Position numbers and translations under genes: made by a program
Shown: positions 27,689-39,629 of the stretch, one piece after another
How positions within the stretch are numbered: the stretch's first letter is position 1
Layout of the letters: each line of letters begins with the position of its first letter
The notes under the pieces: generated by a model
Told to the model about the DNA's origin: nothing
The model's input: the letters and a program-made list of their open reading frames with translations, nothing else
The model's database searches: none
DNA from: the human T2T-CHM13v2.0 reference genome, Homo sapiens
Length of the DNA stretch: 64,000 bases
Reading direction: 5' to 3' (one strand)
NCBI RefSeq assembly: GCF_009914755.1
Contig: NC_060927.1

Positions 27689-27719
<31 letters not shown>

Positions 27720-27720
27720 A
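27672..27720. repeat. (TG)n microsatellite
   Basis: Direct reading. Confidence 0.95.
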
Positions 27721-27869
27721 TGTTGTTTATAAATATATAATATTCTAACTAGAAAGCAGAGAGAAAAATGGTAAAACACATCTAAAAATATTATTAGAAA
27801 TCTAGATTTAAAGAGTTCATATCATTAGGTCAGCCTCACCCACGTGTCCTCCCAATCATAGTGTCAATT

Positions 27870-28245
27870 GATTTGGAACTTTAAGTAAAGCAGATTATTC
27901 TTTATCGTGTGGATGGGCCTCATCAAATTAGTTGAAAGTCTTAAGAGAAAAGACTGAGGTTTCTTGAAGACAAAGCAATTCTGCTTGAGTACTGCAACAT
28001 AGAAACCCTACTTGAGTTTCCAGCCTGCTGTTCTTTGCTGTAGTTTTCAGACTCTATAGGGCAACATCAACTCTTTCCTGAATCTCCCACATGTCAACCT
28101 GCCCCACATACTTCAAATTTACTAACACTCACAATTGGGTGAATCAATTACTGAAAACAAATCTCTTGGCTTATAGATATGTTTATTTACATTTACATTT
28201 ATGTATCCTATTGTTTCCATTTTTCTGGAGAATCTAAATTAATAC
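27870..28245 (+). mobile_element. MLT2-type (ERVL) LTR, 5'-truncated
   Basis: gtaaagcagatt...gtggatgggcctcatcaaattagttgaaagtc; 3' end tatcctattgtttccatttttctggagaatct...aataca. Confidence 0.8.
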
Positions 28246-28609
28246 AAAAGTCAAAAGTTATTACTGAAACAGTATTTTAGAAGATGCAAATAAAATGGAA
28301 TATTCCAAGTAAAAAAGTTTACTAAAATGGAAACAAAATATAAAAAAGAAGTTTGCAGTTGTCCTATATCTACTTTAGAAATTGGGTCTATACTCAAAAC
28401 TATCTGCTGAAGAAAATTTTTGAATGTATTTGGTTTCACTAGCAATTTCTTTCAAAATTTTAAGTGTGAAATACTTAATGACTGCTTCCATAGGGTTATA
28501 ATATGACCTATACAGTTTTAACCTAATAATGGGTGTTGTTTGAATCTACTAAGTTTGTGGTCATGTGTTATGCAGCAATCAAAAGCTAATATGTCATGCA
28601 AAATGTATA

Positions 28610-28928
28610 CAGTCAGCTCTCTGTATTTGTGGGTTCCACATTCATGGATTCAATCAACTGTGAATAAAAAATATTTTTAAAGTAACAATACAACAATAAA
28701 ATAAAAAATGAATAGAGTATAACAGATATTTACAATAACTATTTATATAGCATTTCCATTTTATTAGCATTATAAGTTATCTAGAGATGATTTAAGGTAT
28801 ATGGGAGGAAATGTACAGATTATATGTAAATACTGTGCCATTTTATATAAGGGACTTCAGCATCCTTGGATTTTGGTATCCACAGGAGGTTCTCAAGCCA
28901 ATCCCCCACTGATATCGAGGAAGAACTA
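28610..28928 (-). mobile_element. MER2 (TcMar-Tigger) MITE
   Basis: cagtcagctctctgtatttgtgggttcc...tctagagatgatttaaggtatatgggagg...ttttatataagggacttcagcatccttggattttggtatcc; TA flanks. Confidence 0.85.
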
Positions 28929-29050
28929 TATTGTTATTCTAAGGAAAGCAGAAGTAGAACAGAATTTCTGTAGGAAAAAAATACTATAGCAAGCAAAACT
29001 TAGTGCTAAAATATTTTCCAATGAGATCAGTACTAGAAGAATGCTATCAC

Positions 29051-29356
29051 CAGTGGTCCCCAACCTTTTTGGCATGAGGGACCAGTTTCATGGAAGACAA
29101 TTTTCCACAGATGTAGAGAGGGAGTATGGTTTCAGGATGAAACTATTCCACATCAGATCATCAGGCATTAGATTCTCATAAGGAGCATGCAACCTAGATC
29201 CCTCATATGCACAGTTCACAATAGTGTTTGCACTCCTATGGGAATCTAATGCTGCCACTGATCTGATAGGAGGCAGAGCTCAGGTGGTAATGCTCACTGG
29301 CTCAAGGCTCACCTCCTGCTGTGCAACCCAGTTCTTAACCCGCCAAAGACTGGTAT
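29051..29356 (+). mobile_element. MER1B (hAT-Charlie), 3'-truncated
   Basis: cagtggtccccaacctttttggcatgagggaccagtttcatggaagacaatttt...attagattctcataaggagc. Confidence 0.88.
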
Positions 29357-29394
29357 CGATAGCTTTGTGCTATCTACAAGTGATAAACATACAT

Positions 29395-29900
29395 TTTCAA
29401 TGGCTAAGCAATTCCACCCTTAGGTATTTACCTAAGAGAAATGTGTACACTATTCACCAAAGGCATATATAAGGATTCTTTTAGCAGCAGTTTACATAAA
29501 AATCCCATTAAAAAGAAAAAAGTTTATAAAATTTAGAATGGGTTTGTGCTTTGATAAATTCATAAAATGTAATACTATACCACTATGAACACAAATGAAC
29601 TTGCTATATGCACCGCAATGAATAAATACCAAAAAAAGTAATTTTTAGCAAAACTCCAGCCACAAAATAATGCATATTGTATAATTTAGTTGTTACATGG
29701 TTCTAGGGCATGTTATTAAAAATGAGGATATTATTACCTTTTGAGAATAACAGTGAGTAGGAAGGAGAAGGAAGTCTTCTGAAATTAGGGTAATATGACT
29801 TTTTTGTGTATTGATTACACTAATTGGGTTCCATTTGTGAAAAGGATATATACCTGTAATTTGTGCACTCACTTATACTTATCTTCTTAAACAAATACAT
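29395..29900 (+). mobile_element. Ancient L1ME 3' fragment
   Basis: gcaattccacccttaggtatttacctaagagaaatg... Confidence 0.6.
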
Positions 29901-30834
29901 GAAAAACATAATTAGAACTGTAAATTATTTTTAAGTTATTTTATGCTTTTATAATATGAATATTTTGAAAGGAAGTTTGTGTTTATTTAATAAAATATAA
30001 CAAAGAGCATAATTTAGAATGTGAAAAACAAAAATCCAACAATTAATGGTATTTTATATTACTAAAAGTTAACTAAATTTAAATTACTGTTTAAACATTA
30101 AGAATCACAGTATTTATAAAGTGAGGACATGAGAACTAGTTATGGGGTGATGAAAATCTTCTTTATCTTACCGAAAATAAGAGTTACATGCGTATGATTA
30201 TTACAAATTCATCAAATTATCTACTTCAGAGTTTTTTATTGTCTATTTGTAAATGTTACATTAAAAAGGACTGTAACAAAAAATTGAACTCCAGTTGGTA
30301 GGTCTGCTACTTTCAGGAGCTAATCATAATCCATAGACACAAATGACATAAATATGAATTTTGACAACCCAAAAGATTAAACTCAAAGAATATAATTCCA
30401 AAAAACATAATTTTGAAAGATATTCAAAACTTTTTTTACAGTTTTAAAACAGGATTTATTTGAGAAACATATAAAAACATGATAGAACGCTTCATAGGCT
30501 ATTTCAAATAATAAAATTGGCAATAGTAACATACATATTTTTAAAAGCATAAATATTTAGGCATACTAACGATAGTCAGATATAAGTCATGAACAGACAA
30601 GCTGAATTCATAAAAATAGGTCAAAAACACAATATATAAATGAATTTCACTATGGTTGATAATTGTGTGCCCCCCGCTTTATAACTGCAGTCCTCAGAAA
30701 TACTGCGACAGACAACGTAAGTCTTTTGAGGAGTTAGATTAAAAAACCCACAAAGGGTCACCAATGTATACGCAGTCATCCAAAGAGTCAAGATATCAGA
30801 AAATTTTCTTTCACAAATGTAGATGAACAGAAAG

Positions 30835-32044
30835 TATCCAGGTCCCATGGACCTGGCTGAATACCACTTTTTCTAACCCATGGAGCCACCTTGCCCTGAC
30901 AGTTAGCAAGAGGACAAGACTCACAGAACAAACACCACCGCCCCTCTGTCAGCAGGAAGCAGTTATAGAAGACTGACCTTTATCCATTTTCCCAAATAGT
31001 TAGGGTCTTGGACTCTTGAAGGAGGAAGTGTCGGAGTAGATAGTTACGAAGTCATGAGCAAGGCAGGAGAGCGCCCTTCGCCCCAACCAGGAGGGTCAGA
31101 AAACCATCAGGTGATGGTCAGGGAGTTGTTAAACTGTCTCTCTAAAATAATCATTTGTTGCAGCTGGTACCAGGGAAAGGCAGTCTCCCTGTAGACAGAA
31201 AACACCTGAATCTGCCGCTCATTAACTTCCCAATAAGATTTCAGGAGTTGGGCAAGTGGCGTCAAGCATGCACAAGAAGAGGTAAAATGGCAGAGGAGCT
31301 TAACTGGTATATGACCTTCTCTAGGAACACCTGACTGGTAAGAGAAAAACACCTCAAACAACTTCAGGAAACACACTGTGTATGCGGCCCCTCCCAAGTG
31401 TTGACAAGCCACTGCGCAGGTGGACAGCCCAACCCGAGGGAAGAATTCGGGGAGAAGAGATGCAAGACCCAGAACAATGCCAACATATAAAACCCCAAGT
31501 CAAAAGTCAAACCACACACTTGAATCTCTCAAGTCGCTCACTTGGCCCTCTTCTGAGTGTACTATACTTCCTTTTGTTCCTGCTCTAAACTTTTTAATAA
31601 ACTTTCACTCCTATTCTAAAACTTGCCCCGGTCTCTTCCTCTGCCTAATGCCACTTGGTCAAATCTTTCTTCTGAAGAGATAAGAATTGAGGTTGGCTGG
31701 GCACGGTGGCTCACGCCTGTAATCCCAGCACTTTGGGAGGCCAAGGTGGGTGCATCACGAGGTCAGGAATTCAAGACTAGCCTGGCCAAGATGGTGAAAC
31801 CCAGTCTCTACTAAAAATACAAAAATCAGTCTGGTGCAGTGGTAGGCACCTGTGATTCCAGCTACTCAGGAGGCTGAGACAGGAGAATCACTTGAACCCA
31901 GGGTGTAGGGGGGGTGGTGCTGAGGTTTCAGTGAGCTGAGATCACACCACTGCACTCCAGCCTGGGCAGCAGAGTGAGACTCCATCTCAAAAAAAGAAAA
32001 ACTTGAGGTTGCTGAAGACCTGTACAAATTTGCCACTGCTGACG
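30835..32044 (+). mobile_element. MER50 (ERV1) LTR (31029-32044) preceded by ~195 bp of probable internal sequence with polypurine tract
   Basis: gaaggaggaag|TGTCGGAGTAGATAG...catcaggtgatggtcagg...tataaaaccccaagtc...aataaactttcactcc...gaattgaggtt[Alu]gctgaagacctgtac. Confidence 0.85.
31695..31997 (+). mobile_element. AluS (Sg-like) inserted near the MER50 3' end
   Basis: Full dimer; TSD aagaattgaggtt (31682-31694) / aaaacttgaggtt (31998-32010). Confidence 0.95.
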
Positions 32045-32139
32045 AAAGGATATCTCTTCATTTACTGGAGAAATTTCAACCTTTTTACATACATGCACAG
32101 TGCTTACACACAAAATCAATGTTTTGATAATGCAATCTC

Positions 32140-32600
32140 ATGGAGTCAAATTTCTGATGTCAAAGGCAGGAGAAGAAAAGTCCATCACAGCTCTGAGAGA
32201 GAGAGAGAGAGTGGGGAGGAGGGGAGGGGAGGGGAAGGGAGGAGAGGAGAGGAGACCAACGTGCCTCCTGTATTTGTTCTTTTGGAGACCTTGGCTGATT
32301 GAATGGTGTCTGCCAACGCTGAGGGCAGATCTTCTCCAAATAGTCCGCTCAGATCCACACACCATTCTCCTCTGAAAAACACCCTTATAGACATACCCCA
32401 AATTATGCTTTTCCAGATTTCTAGGTATTCATTAATCCAGTGACACTGGCACCTAAAATTAAGTCCCCAAGTCCACTCCTTGTCAACTTGGCATCCATAT
32501 ACATCTTAAATCACACTTAATTTCAAAATATGGATGATAACAAGGTAACAGTTCCACTTAACATGATGCAACTAACATGGTGTAACTATCCTACATACAA
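32140..32600 (-). mobile_element. MLT2B-like LTR part plus adjacent ERVL internal 3' end (Ricksha passenger)
   Basis: ggctgattgaatggtgtctgccaacgctgagggcagatcttc...aacacccttatagacatacccc...aatccagtgacactggcacctaaaattaag then ccactccttgtcaacttggc. Confidence 0.75.
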
Positions 32601-32799
32601 TAGAAAACACATTAATGTCTTTCCCAAAATTTGGCTTTCGGGATTTATATATTCTGGATTTCAATCTTTTGTGATTGTGACTTGGGATTTAGATTTTGGG
32701 GAATTGATTACTAGCGATTTTGATCTTTTGCAATCTCAACATCTAAGATTATAATGCTCAGATTTGTGTTTTAGGATTATTATCCAACTCTACTTTTTT

Positions 32800-34140
32800 C
32801 AATGCTATGAGGTAGTAATTTTGAGTCTCTTATTATTATATTTGAGGTTGAACTAATGAATAAATATATTTAAAATCAGGGAGTCAGGTCTCATTTGAAA
32901 AAAAGCTGAAAACAAATGAAAGGAAGATTAAAGTACACCTTGTGGTGTTTGATCATATTGGGGAAAGGGAGGCAGAAGAGAGGAGAGGGAGACAGAATAA
33001 GGAGAGAAAGAGGGAAAGGTAGACTAAATGTCTAAATACAAGAAATAAGTATACCTTTAAAATCTATATTTCTTAGCTATGTCTAATGTAAAGACTCTAA
33101 GGCAATGGTACTTAAATAGCAAAGAACAACTGTAGTATTCAGATCTTACGATGAAAATCTCCTATTCTATTCAAACTAACCAATGCTCCTATGATAGAAG
33201 GAGAAGGGAAAGTAGAAGATGATTGTGCCTACACATGGTCACAGAATAATAGAGACAAATCAAAAGGATGTAGTTGCTGTCTTAAAGGGGCTCTCACAGG
33301 TGAAACCTGGAGAAATTTGAACATGAAAATAAAGATAATAATGAGTTATAATGTACTAAATAACAGAAGACATTATGATTTCATGCTGGTATTAATAAAG
33401 AATAAATACACACATGCAATAGAAGGAAAAGCCCTTTCTTACATTCAAATGACAACTTAAAAATATAGATTAAATATATATTTATTAATAAAAAATAAAT
33501 ATATATTTAATCTATATTTTTAAGAGTTAGGAAATTATTCATTGATACTTAATAACAAATTTATTTTAAAAAAGATATCCACATAAGCTTAAAGAAGTTT
33601 GCCCCAAAATATGTCATAGTTGTGAAAGGAAATATGATAGATGTATAGTGAAGAGACCTAAAGGACACTACCTTACCAAGTGATCAGAGTTAACATCAAA
33701 GTCTGATAATAATGTAATAGTACATTTGTAGTATTCCTCCCTAAAGTGCGTAACTTGAATCACATCTTGAGAAAGCATTCAAGAAACATAAAATGGATAA
33801 CATCTTATTTTTCAAAATATCCAGGTAAAGTACAATTTAAAAGAAAAGAAGGTCGAAAAGCTTGCAAATTAAAAGTACTAAGGAGATACAGCAACTAAAT
33901 GCAATGAGTGATTCTCCATTGGATCCTGAATCAAAGAAAGAATAAACCTGTAAAGGACGTTATTGAGACAATTGAAAAGATCTTGTTATGGAATCTAGAT
34001 AACATTTGATAAATACTAATTTTTTACTTTGATAATTGTGCTGTGGTTTTATGAATGAATGTCTTTGTTCTTGTTTTTTAGAAAATGCACATTCTAGTTC
34101 TTAGGGTTGAGCAGCATGTTGTGTCCAATGTACTCTCCAA
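32800..34140 (+). mobile_element. L1MC4-like 3'UTR; likely continues from ~30120-30316 on the other side of Ricksha
   Basis: ttaaaggggctctcacagg...aatttgaacatg, gtgatcagagttaacatc, caactaaatgcaatg...ggatcctgaatc, aaaggacgttattgagacaattg. Confidence 0.7.
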
Positions 34141-36050
34141 TGTAAGATGTATTTTCATGTCTAATTGTGTCTATCTCTTTGTGATTATCTTTTGAGAGTC
34201 ATCTGAATTTCCTGGAGTAAACCCTGAGGAACTACAAAAGAACTCCTTATTACAAACCGAAGAGAAACTGGCTATAGCTATGTAATTGATCCAATGCACA
34301 GATGATGCTAACCTTTAATGGAGCCCTATTGAATTGAATATAGAATGCTTTCTGCATTGGTTCACTCAGCTGTGCATTGTAACCTTAAATCTGCACAAGA
34401 AAATATGTACATAAAAACTTACCTTGAAGTATTCTGTGTGTAGGCAGTTCAGACTGAGCCTATATTTATGTCTTTATATCCATATACTTGACATATTATT
34501 TATATTAAGAGTATGCCACCTGAGTACTGTATTGACTACACACTGAAGCTTAAAACAGTATATAGCTATTTAAAAAACAACCCATCTGAGTAAGGGGAGG
34601 CAATTACCATTATTGCCTGCCAGTTATGTAAGTTAAATCCCCTTGTATAAATATGTTCTCAAGAGAAGATGACAGATTGCCTCTTTGTTAAATTAAGAAG
34701 GTTCAGAGAATGCCATTTTGTAAAACATTGCCCTGCTGTTTCCACACAGGCTCTACTACTCATATTTGTAATCAGACTCAAGTACACAAGTGGACAGAGC
34801 TTGCCTGGATTCATAGCCCTATTTCATATCTAGAGGTTTTCTTTGATGGATTTGTATTGTCTGCAAGCCCATATGGTGACATGTGGAGATAGTGTACAAA
34901 AAAAATTAAACAGGCACATAAGTTACAAAACGATGACTAAGCTATTTTATCTACTAAGCTACTTAATGCTATTGGCAAAATCAAAGCATTGAACACATTG
35001 CTAGGGAATAAAGATGACTGGTGATATTTTTGAATTTTTTTTCTCTTAGCTGGTATGGAACAATAATGTGATGAGTATGGGTGGAGAAGTATAACATTAT
35101 GTCCCATATTTTCTAGTGTGGGTATGTCTGTAAGCATTGAAATAAAGACTTTTTAAATAAAACAGCTTTAAAAACAATGTAAATTATCTAAACTACACTA
35201 TTACCATTATTGACAAATAATAAGGAAAATGGCATTTTACAATTGGTTAGAACCTTGTTTACCTTCTATCAACAAATTCTATTTAAGTGTAGATAATGTT
35301 AAGTTTTAATTGTTTCTGTGTTTTACAATTTATATCTATTGTAATGGCACTCAACTATTGAGTTGATTAAAACTTCATTGCACTTCTAAAAGCACACTTT
35401 GTTGAGACTAATTGTGTAACTGTGCAAGCTCTGGAAGGAGCTTTTTCTCTTCCTTTTGCCTAAGAACTACCTGAGTTATTAAAAATGCATAAAACAATAC
35501 AATACCACTGGCTAAAGATACTTTAAACAAAATATATTTAAAAATCTACATTATATGAAAGAGAAAACTAAGTCCAAGTAGTTTATATTGTGATCCTGAT
35601 ACCTTGCCTATAGTAATTTATTTTTAATAGACGTAAAGTCTTAATAATTTTGAAGTCTAGCTACACATCTGGCACTAGTCTGGTAAGTGTGAGAAACATA
35701 AAAAGGAAAGCCTTGTCTTTATTCTTAGGTACTATATCTAGCAGGGAAAATGAGGTGTAAATGATGATATAGTTAGGTTACATTATACGATTAAACCACA
35801 TTTCAAAAAAATAAAAAAGTAGCTAGTGCCATTGACTCATTGTTAAACTAATTGTATATTTAGAAGTAATTTTAGAAATTTGGAAGATGGTAACAAAACT
35901 GTGTAATGACCTAATTTGAAAAGTATTCATGCTAAATAACAGTGGACCTAAAGTGTTAGAAGGATTTGAATAGACAGAAAGATAACAGGGTAGTAACTAA
36001 AGTCAAAGTGACTTAAAATTCGAAATAACACTTTAAGAATAATGGAAATA

Positions 36051-36442
36051 TTCCCCTTCCTGTGTCCATGTGATCTTATTGTTCAATTCCCACCTATGAG
36101 TGAGAATATGCGGTGTTTGGTTTTTTGTTCTTGTGATAGTTTACTGAGAATGATGGTTTCCAATTTCATCCATGTCACTGTGGTGGGGGGGGTGGGGGGG
36201 ATAACATTGGGAGATATACCTAATGCTAGATGACGAGTTAGTGGGTGCAGCGCACCAGCATGGCACATGTATACATATGTAACTAACCTGCACAATGTGC
36301 ACATGTACCCTAAAACTTAAAGTATAATTAAATAATAATAATAATAATAATAATAGTAACAATAATAAAATAGCTCTGTGGACTCTGAAAAAAAATAAAA
36401 TAAAATAAAAGGAGTAACTTAACGCTCTACTGTTAAAAAAAA
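36051..36442 (+). mobile_element. Young (L1PA2-like) 5'-truncated, 5'-inverted L1 with 3' extra sequence
   Basis: 36051-36176 antisense L1 3' sequence; 36177-36328 sense 3'UTR (gctagatgacgagttagtggg, actaacctgcacaatgtg); (AAT)n tail; perfect TSD aagaataatggaaata at 36035-36050 and 36443-36458. Confidence 0.95.
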
Positions 36443-37730
36443 AAGAATAATGGAAATAAATTGTGAAATGTTTGTTCAAGCTGTGTTTTTTAAGGTTATT
36501 TATTTTAAGGGGCAGTAGATGAGGTAGGAATCAAGTAAACTTCTTTTTTAGTATATTTGGCCACTAAAGACAAAAATTAAAATAGCTACATAAGTTATAA
36601 ATCAATGTAACTTTATTTGGTCACAAAAAACAAAACCAGTAAATTGAAATTATGTCCCTCCCCTTATCCTTATGGTAAAAAGTTCTTAGCTATAATTTTC
36701 TTGGTACGAAGTAAGGGGGAAAAAAGAGTCATTGGATAATTTAGGAAGAATAATTTGTCTTTGAAAAATGAATATTTTGCATTTTGTAGGCTCTATGTGC
36801 ATCCTGAAGAACATGAATGTTTTATAACAGCGTTGCTGTACCTTGAACAAATTGTATGTGACTCAATGGAGATTTGTATAAAAATTATCTGTGGAATCAC
36901 ACTCTACATGACTTATGACTACATGATGCTTTATAAACACCATCAGTTGTAAATATCATTATACTAATGTTAAGAAGTTATGGTTCACAACAACCACACC
37001 TGCTGTGGCTTTAATGGTATAAATTCTGAGATACAAGGATTTTTAGGAGTTTTAAATAGGAAAATCTCAATTTCAAAATGCCTTCTACACCAATGGCTTT
37101 GATACTGTAAATAATGTTAATTGATATATTTTAATGGCGTATTTAAATTAATCTGTTCCCTATTCTGAATTCTAAAACTTATGAATCTCAATCTTAAGTA
37201 AATTAGGTAAACAAAAAGATTTACTGTATTTAGTACTTCAATCCATAAATTTGCAAGGGACACTGATGAATATATTCAAATATTCAATGAACTTTCAGTA
37301 GAAAAGTATAAGTACTTGTCCTTTAGTACTCAGGGTATATTTAATAAGAATGCAATTGTGTGTTTGCTTCAGTAGATTATTGATTTGGTGAGGTAGAGAC
37401 TGAATTAGTGATGTTCAAAACATATTTTGGAGCCTACCATAGTACCTTACTTGCTGGACGTGTCTGATAAATATTTACCAAATAAAATGTTTGTGAAGTC
37501 GACTAGGAGAGAAATGAGGAAGGAAAATAAAATTAACAGAGCTATTTATGAATAGAAGATGCTGCTTTGTGGGACATCAAATTATCTCCAACAGAAAATA
37601 TACAAGCATAGATACAATAAATAATGTAAAAGAGAAGCATTAAGGTAATCAGGATTTGACCTAGTATTAGTGTTTTTCCAATTCTGTTTTTTACTCTCTG
37701 ATAGAGTGGTGTAATTAAAACCTCATAATA

Positions 37731-38036
37731 GGCTGGGTGTGGTGGTTCACAACTTTAATCCCAGCACTTTGATAGGTCAAGGCAGGCAGATCACTGGAGG
37801 TCAGGAGTTTGAGACCAGCTTGGCCAACATGATGAAACTCCGCCTCTACTAAAAATACAAAAATTAGTGGGCATGGTGGTACACGCCTGTAATCCCAGTT
37901 ACTTGGGAGATTGAGGCAGGAGAATCACTTGAACCCAGGAGGCAGAAGTTTCAGTGAGCCATGATCATGCCACTGCATTCCAGCCTAGGCAACAGAGCAA
38001 GACCTTGTCTCAAAAAACAAAAAACAAAACAAAACA
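37731..38036 (+). mobile_element. AluS (Sx/Sz-like)
   Basis: Full dimer, (AAAAC)n tail; TSD aaaacctcataata / aaaaactcataata. Confidence 0.95.
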
Positions 38037-38454
38037 AAAAACTCATAATAAAGTTTTATTCACATTTTGCATGTGTGTGTTGCTGTTGTTTGTGTGTGTG
38101 TGTGTGTTTTAAACTTGGCACGTGAGATGATAGAAACTTATTTCAAACTAGCTAGAAAATGAGAGATATGAAATGTGTTAGCTCATGTAAGTAAAACAAT
38201 CAAGGATGAGTTTAGTCTTTGTAAATATAGTTAGAGAAGTGTTACCGGTAAAGATTTTTTCTTTAGATTTAACGGCATTTGGATTATTATCAATACATTT
38301 TTGTTTAATCATTTCTTATACTCCAGCTTATTGAATGTGAAGTATGTATATACGTTTGTGACTGTCATTAATTGACCAGCTTCTGCTGTTTCCAATATAT
38401 GTCAGGCTTCATAGGGTATCTAATTAGACATTTAGCAACAGAGTCAGGTCTGTG

Positions 38455-38532
38455 ATGTTATCATTTTCCATGTGAGGAATAAGATTATCAGAGAGTTAAC
38501 TTACCCCAAGCCACACAGGAGGTAAAGAGGTT
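38455..38532 (-). mobile_element. MIR fragment
   Basis: cattttccatgtgagg...cagagagttaacttaccccaagccacacag core. Confidence 0.55.
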
Positions 38533-38546
38533 AAAATCTGCATCTA

Positions 38547-39629
38547 ATAGGCATGGGCAAGGACTTCATGTCTAAAACACCAAAAGCAATGGCAACAAAA
38601 GTCAAAACTGACAAATGGCATCTAATTAAACTAAGGAGCTTCTGCACAGCAAAATAAACTACCATCAGAGTGAACAGGCAACCTACAGAATGGAAGAAAA
38701 TTTTTGCAATCTACCCATCTGACAAAGGGCTAATATCCAGAATCTACAAAGAACTCAAACAAATTTACAAGAAAAAACAACACTGTCAATAAGTGGGCAA
38801 AGGATATGAACAGACACTTTTCAAAAGAAGACATTTATGCAGCCAACAGACACATGAAAAAATGCTCATCATCACTAGCCATCAGAGAAATGCAAATCAA
38901 AACCACAATGAGATACCATCTCACACCAGTTAGAATGGTGATCATTAAAAAGTCAAGAAACAACAGGTGCTGGAGAGGATGTGGAGAAATAGGAACACTT
39001 TTATACCGTTGGTGGGACTGTAAACTAGTCCAACCATTGTGGAAGACAGTGTGGTGATTCCTCAAGGATCTAGAGGTAGAAATACCATTTGACCCAGCCA
39101 TCCCATTACTGGGTATATACCCAAAGGATTATAAATCATGCAGCTATAAAGGCACATGCACACATATGTTTATTGCAGCATTATTCACAATAGCAAAGAC
39201 TTGGAACCAACCCAAATGTCCATCAATGATAGACTGGATTAAGAAAATGTGGCACATATACACCATGGAATACTATGCAGCCATAAAAAAGGATGAGTTC
39301 ATGTCCTTTGTAGGGACATGGATGAAGCAGGAAACCATCATTCTCAGCAAACTATTGCAAGGACAAAAAACCAAACACCACATGTTCTCACTCATAGGTG
39401 GGAAATGAACAATGAGAACACCTGGACACAGGATGGGGAACATCACACACCGGGGCCTGTTGTGGGGCGGGGGAAGAGGGGAGGGAAAGCATTAGGAGAT
39501 ATACCTAATGTAAATAACGAGTTAATGGGTGCAGCACACCAACATGGCACATGTATACATATGTAACAAACCTGAACGTTGTGCACATGTACCCTAGAAC
39601 TTAAAGTATAATAAAAAATAAAAATAAAA
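38547..39629 (+). mobile_element. 5'-truncated L1 (~1.1 kb, L1PA5/6-like)
   Basis: ORF2 C-terminus [44 protein letters not shown]; 3'UTR and A-tail; degenerate TSD. Confidence 0.95.

Larger units (their letters stand above)
30317..32790. mobile_element. Ricksha (MuDR-type non-autonomous DNA transposon), interrupted by MER50 and Alu
   Basis: Degenerate inverted termini gagctaatcataatcc... / ...ggattattatccaactc; repetitive gggattt subterminal block 32635-32790; internal ERVL/MLT2B passenger; partial 9-bp TSD tactttcag / tactttttt. Confidence 0.72.
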
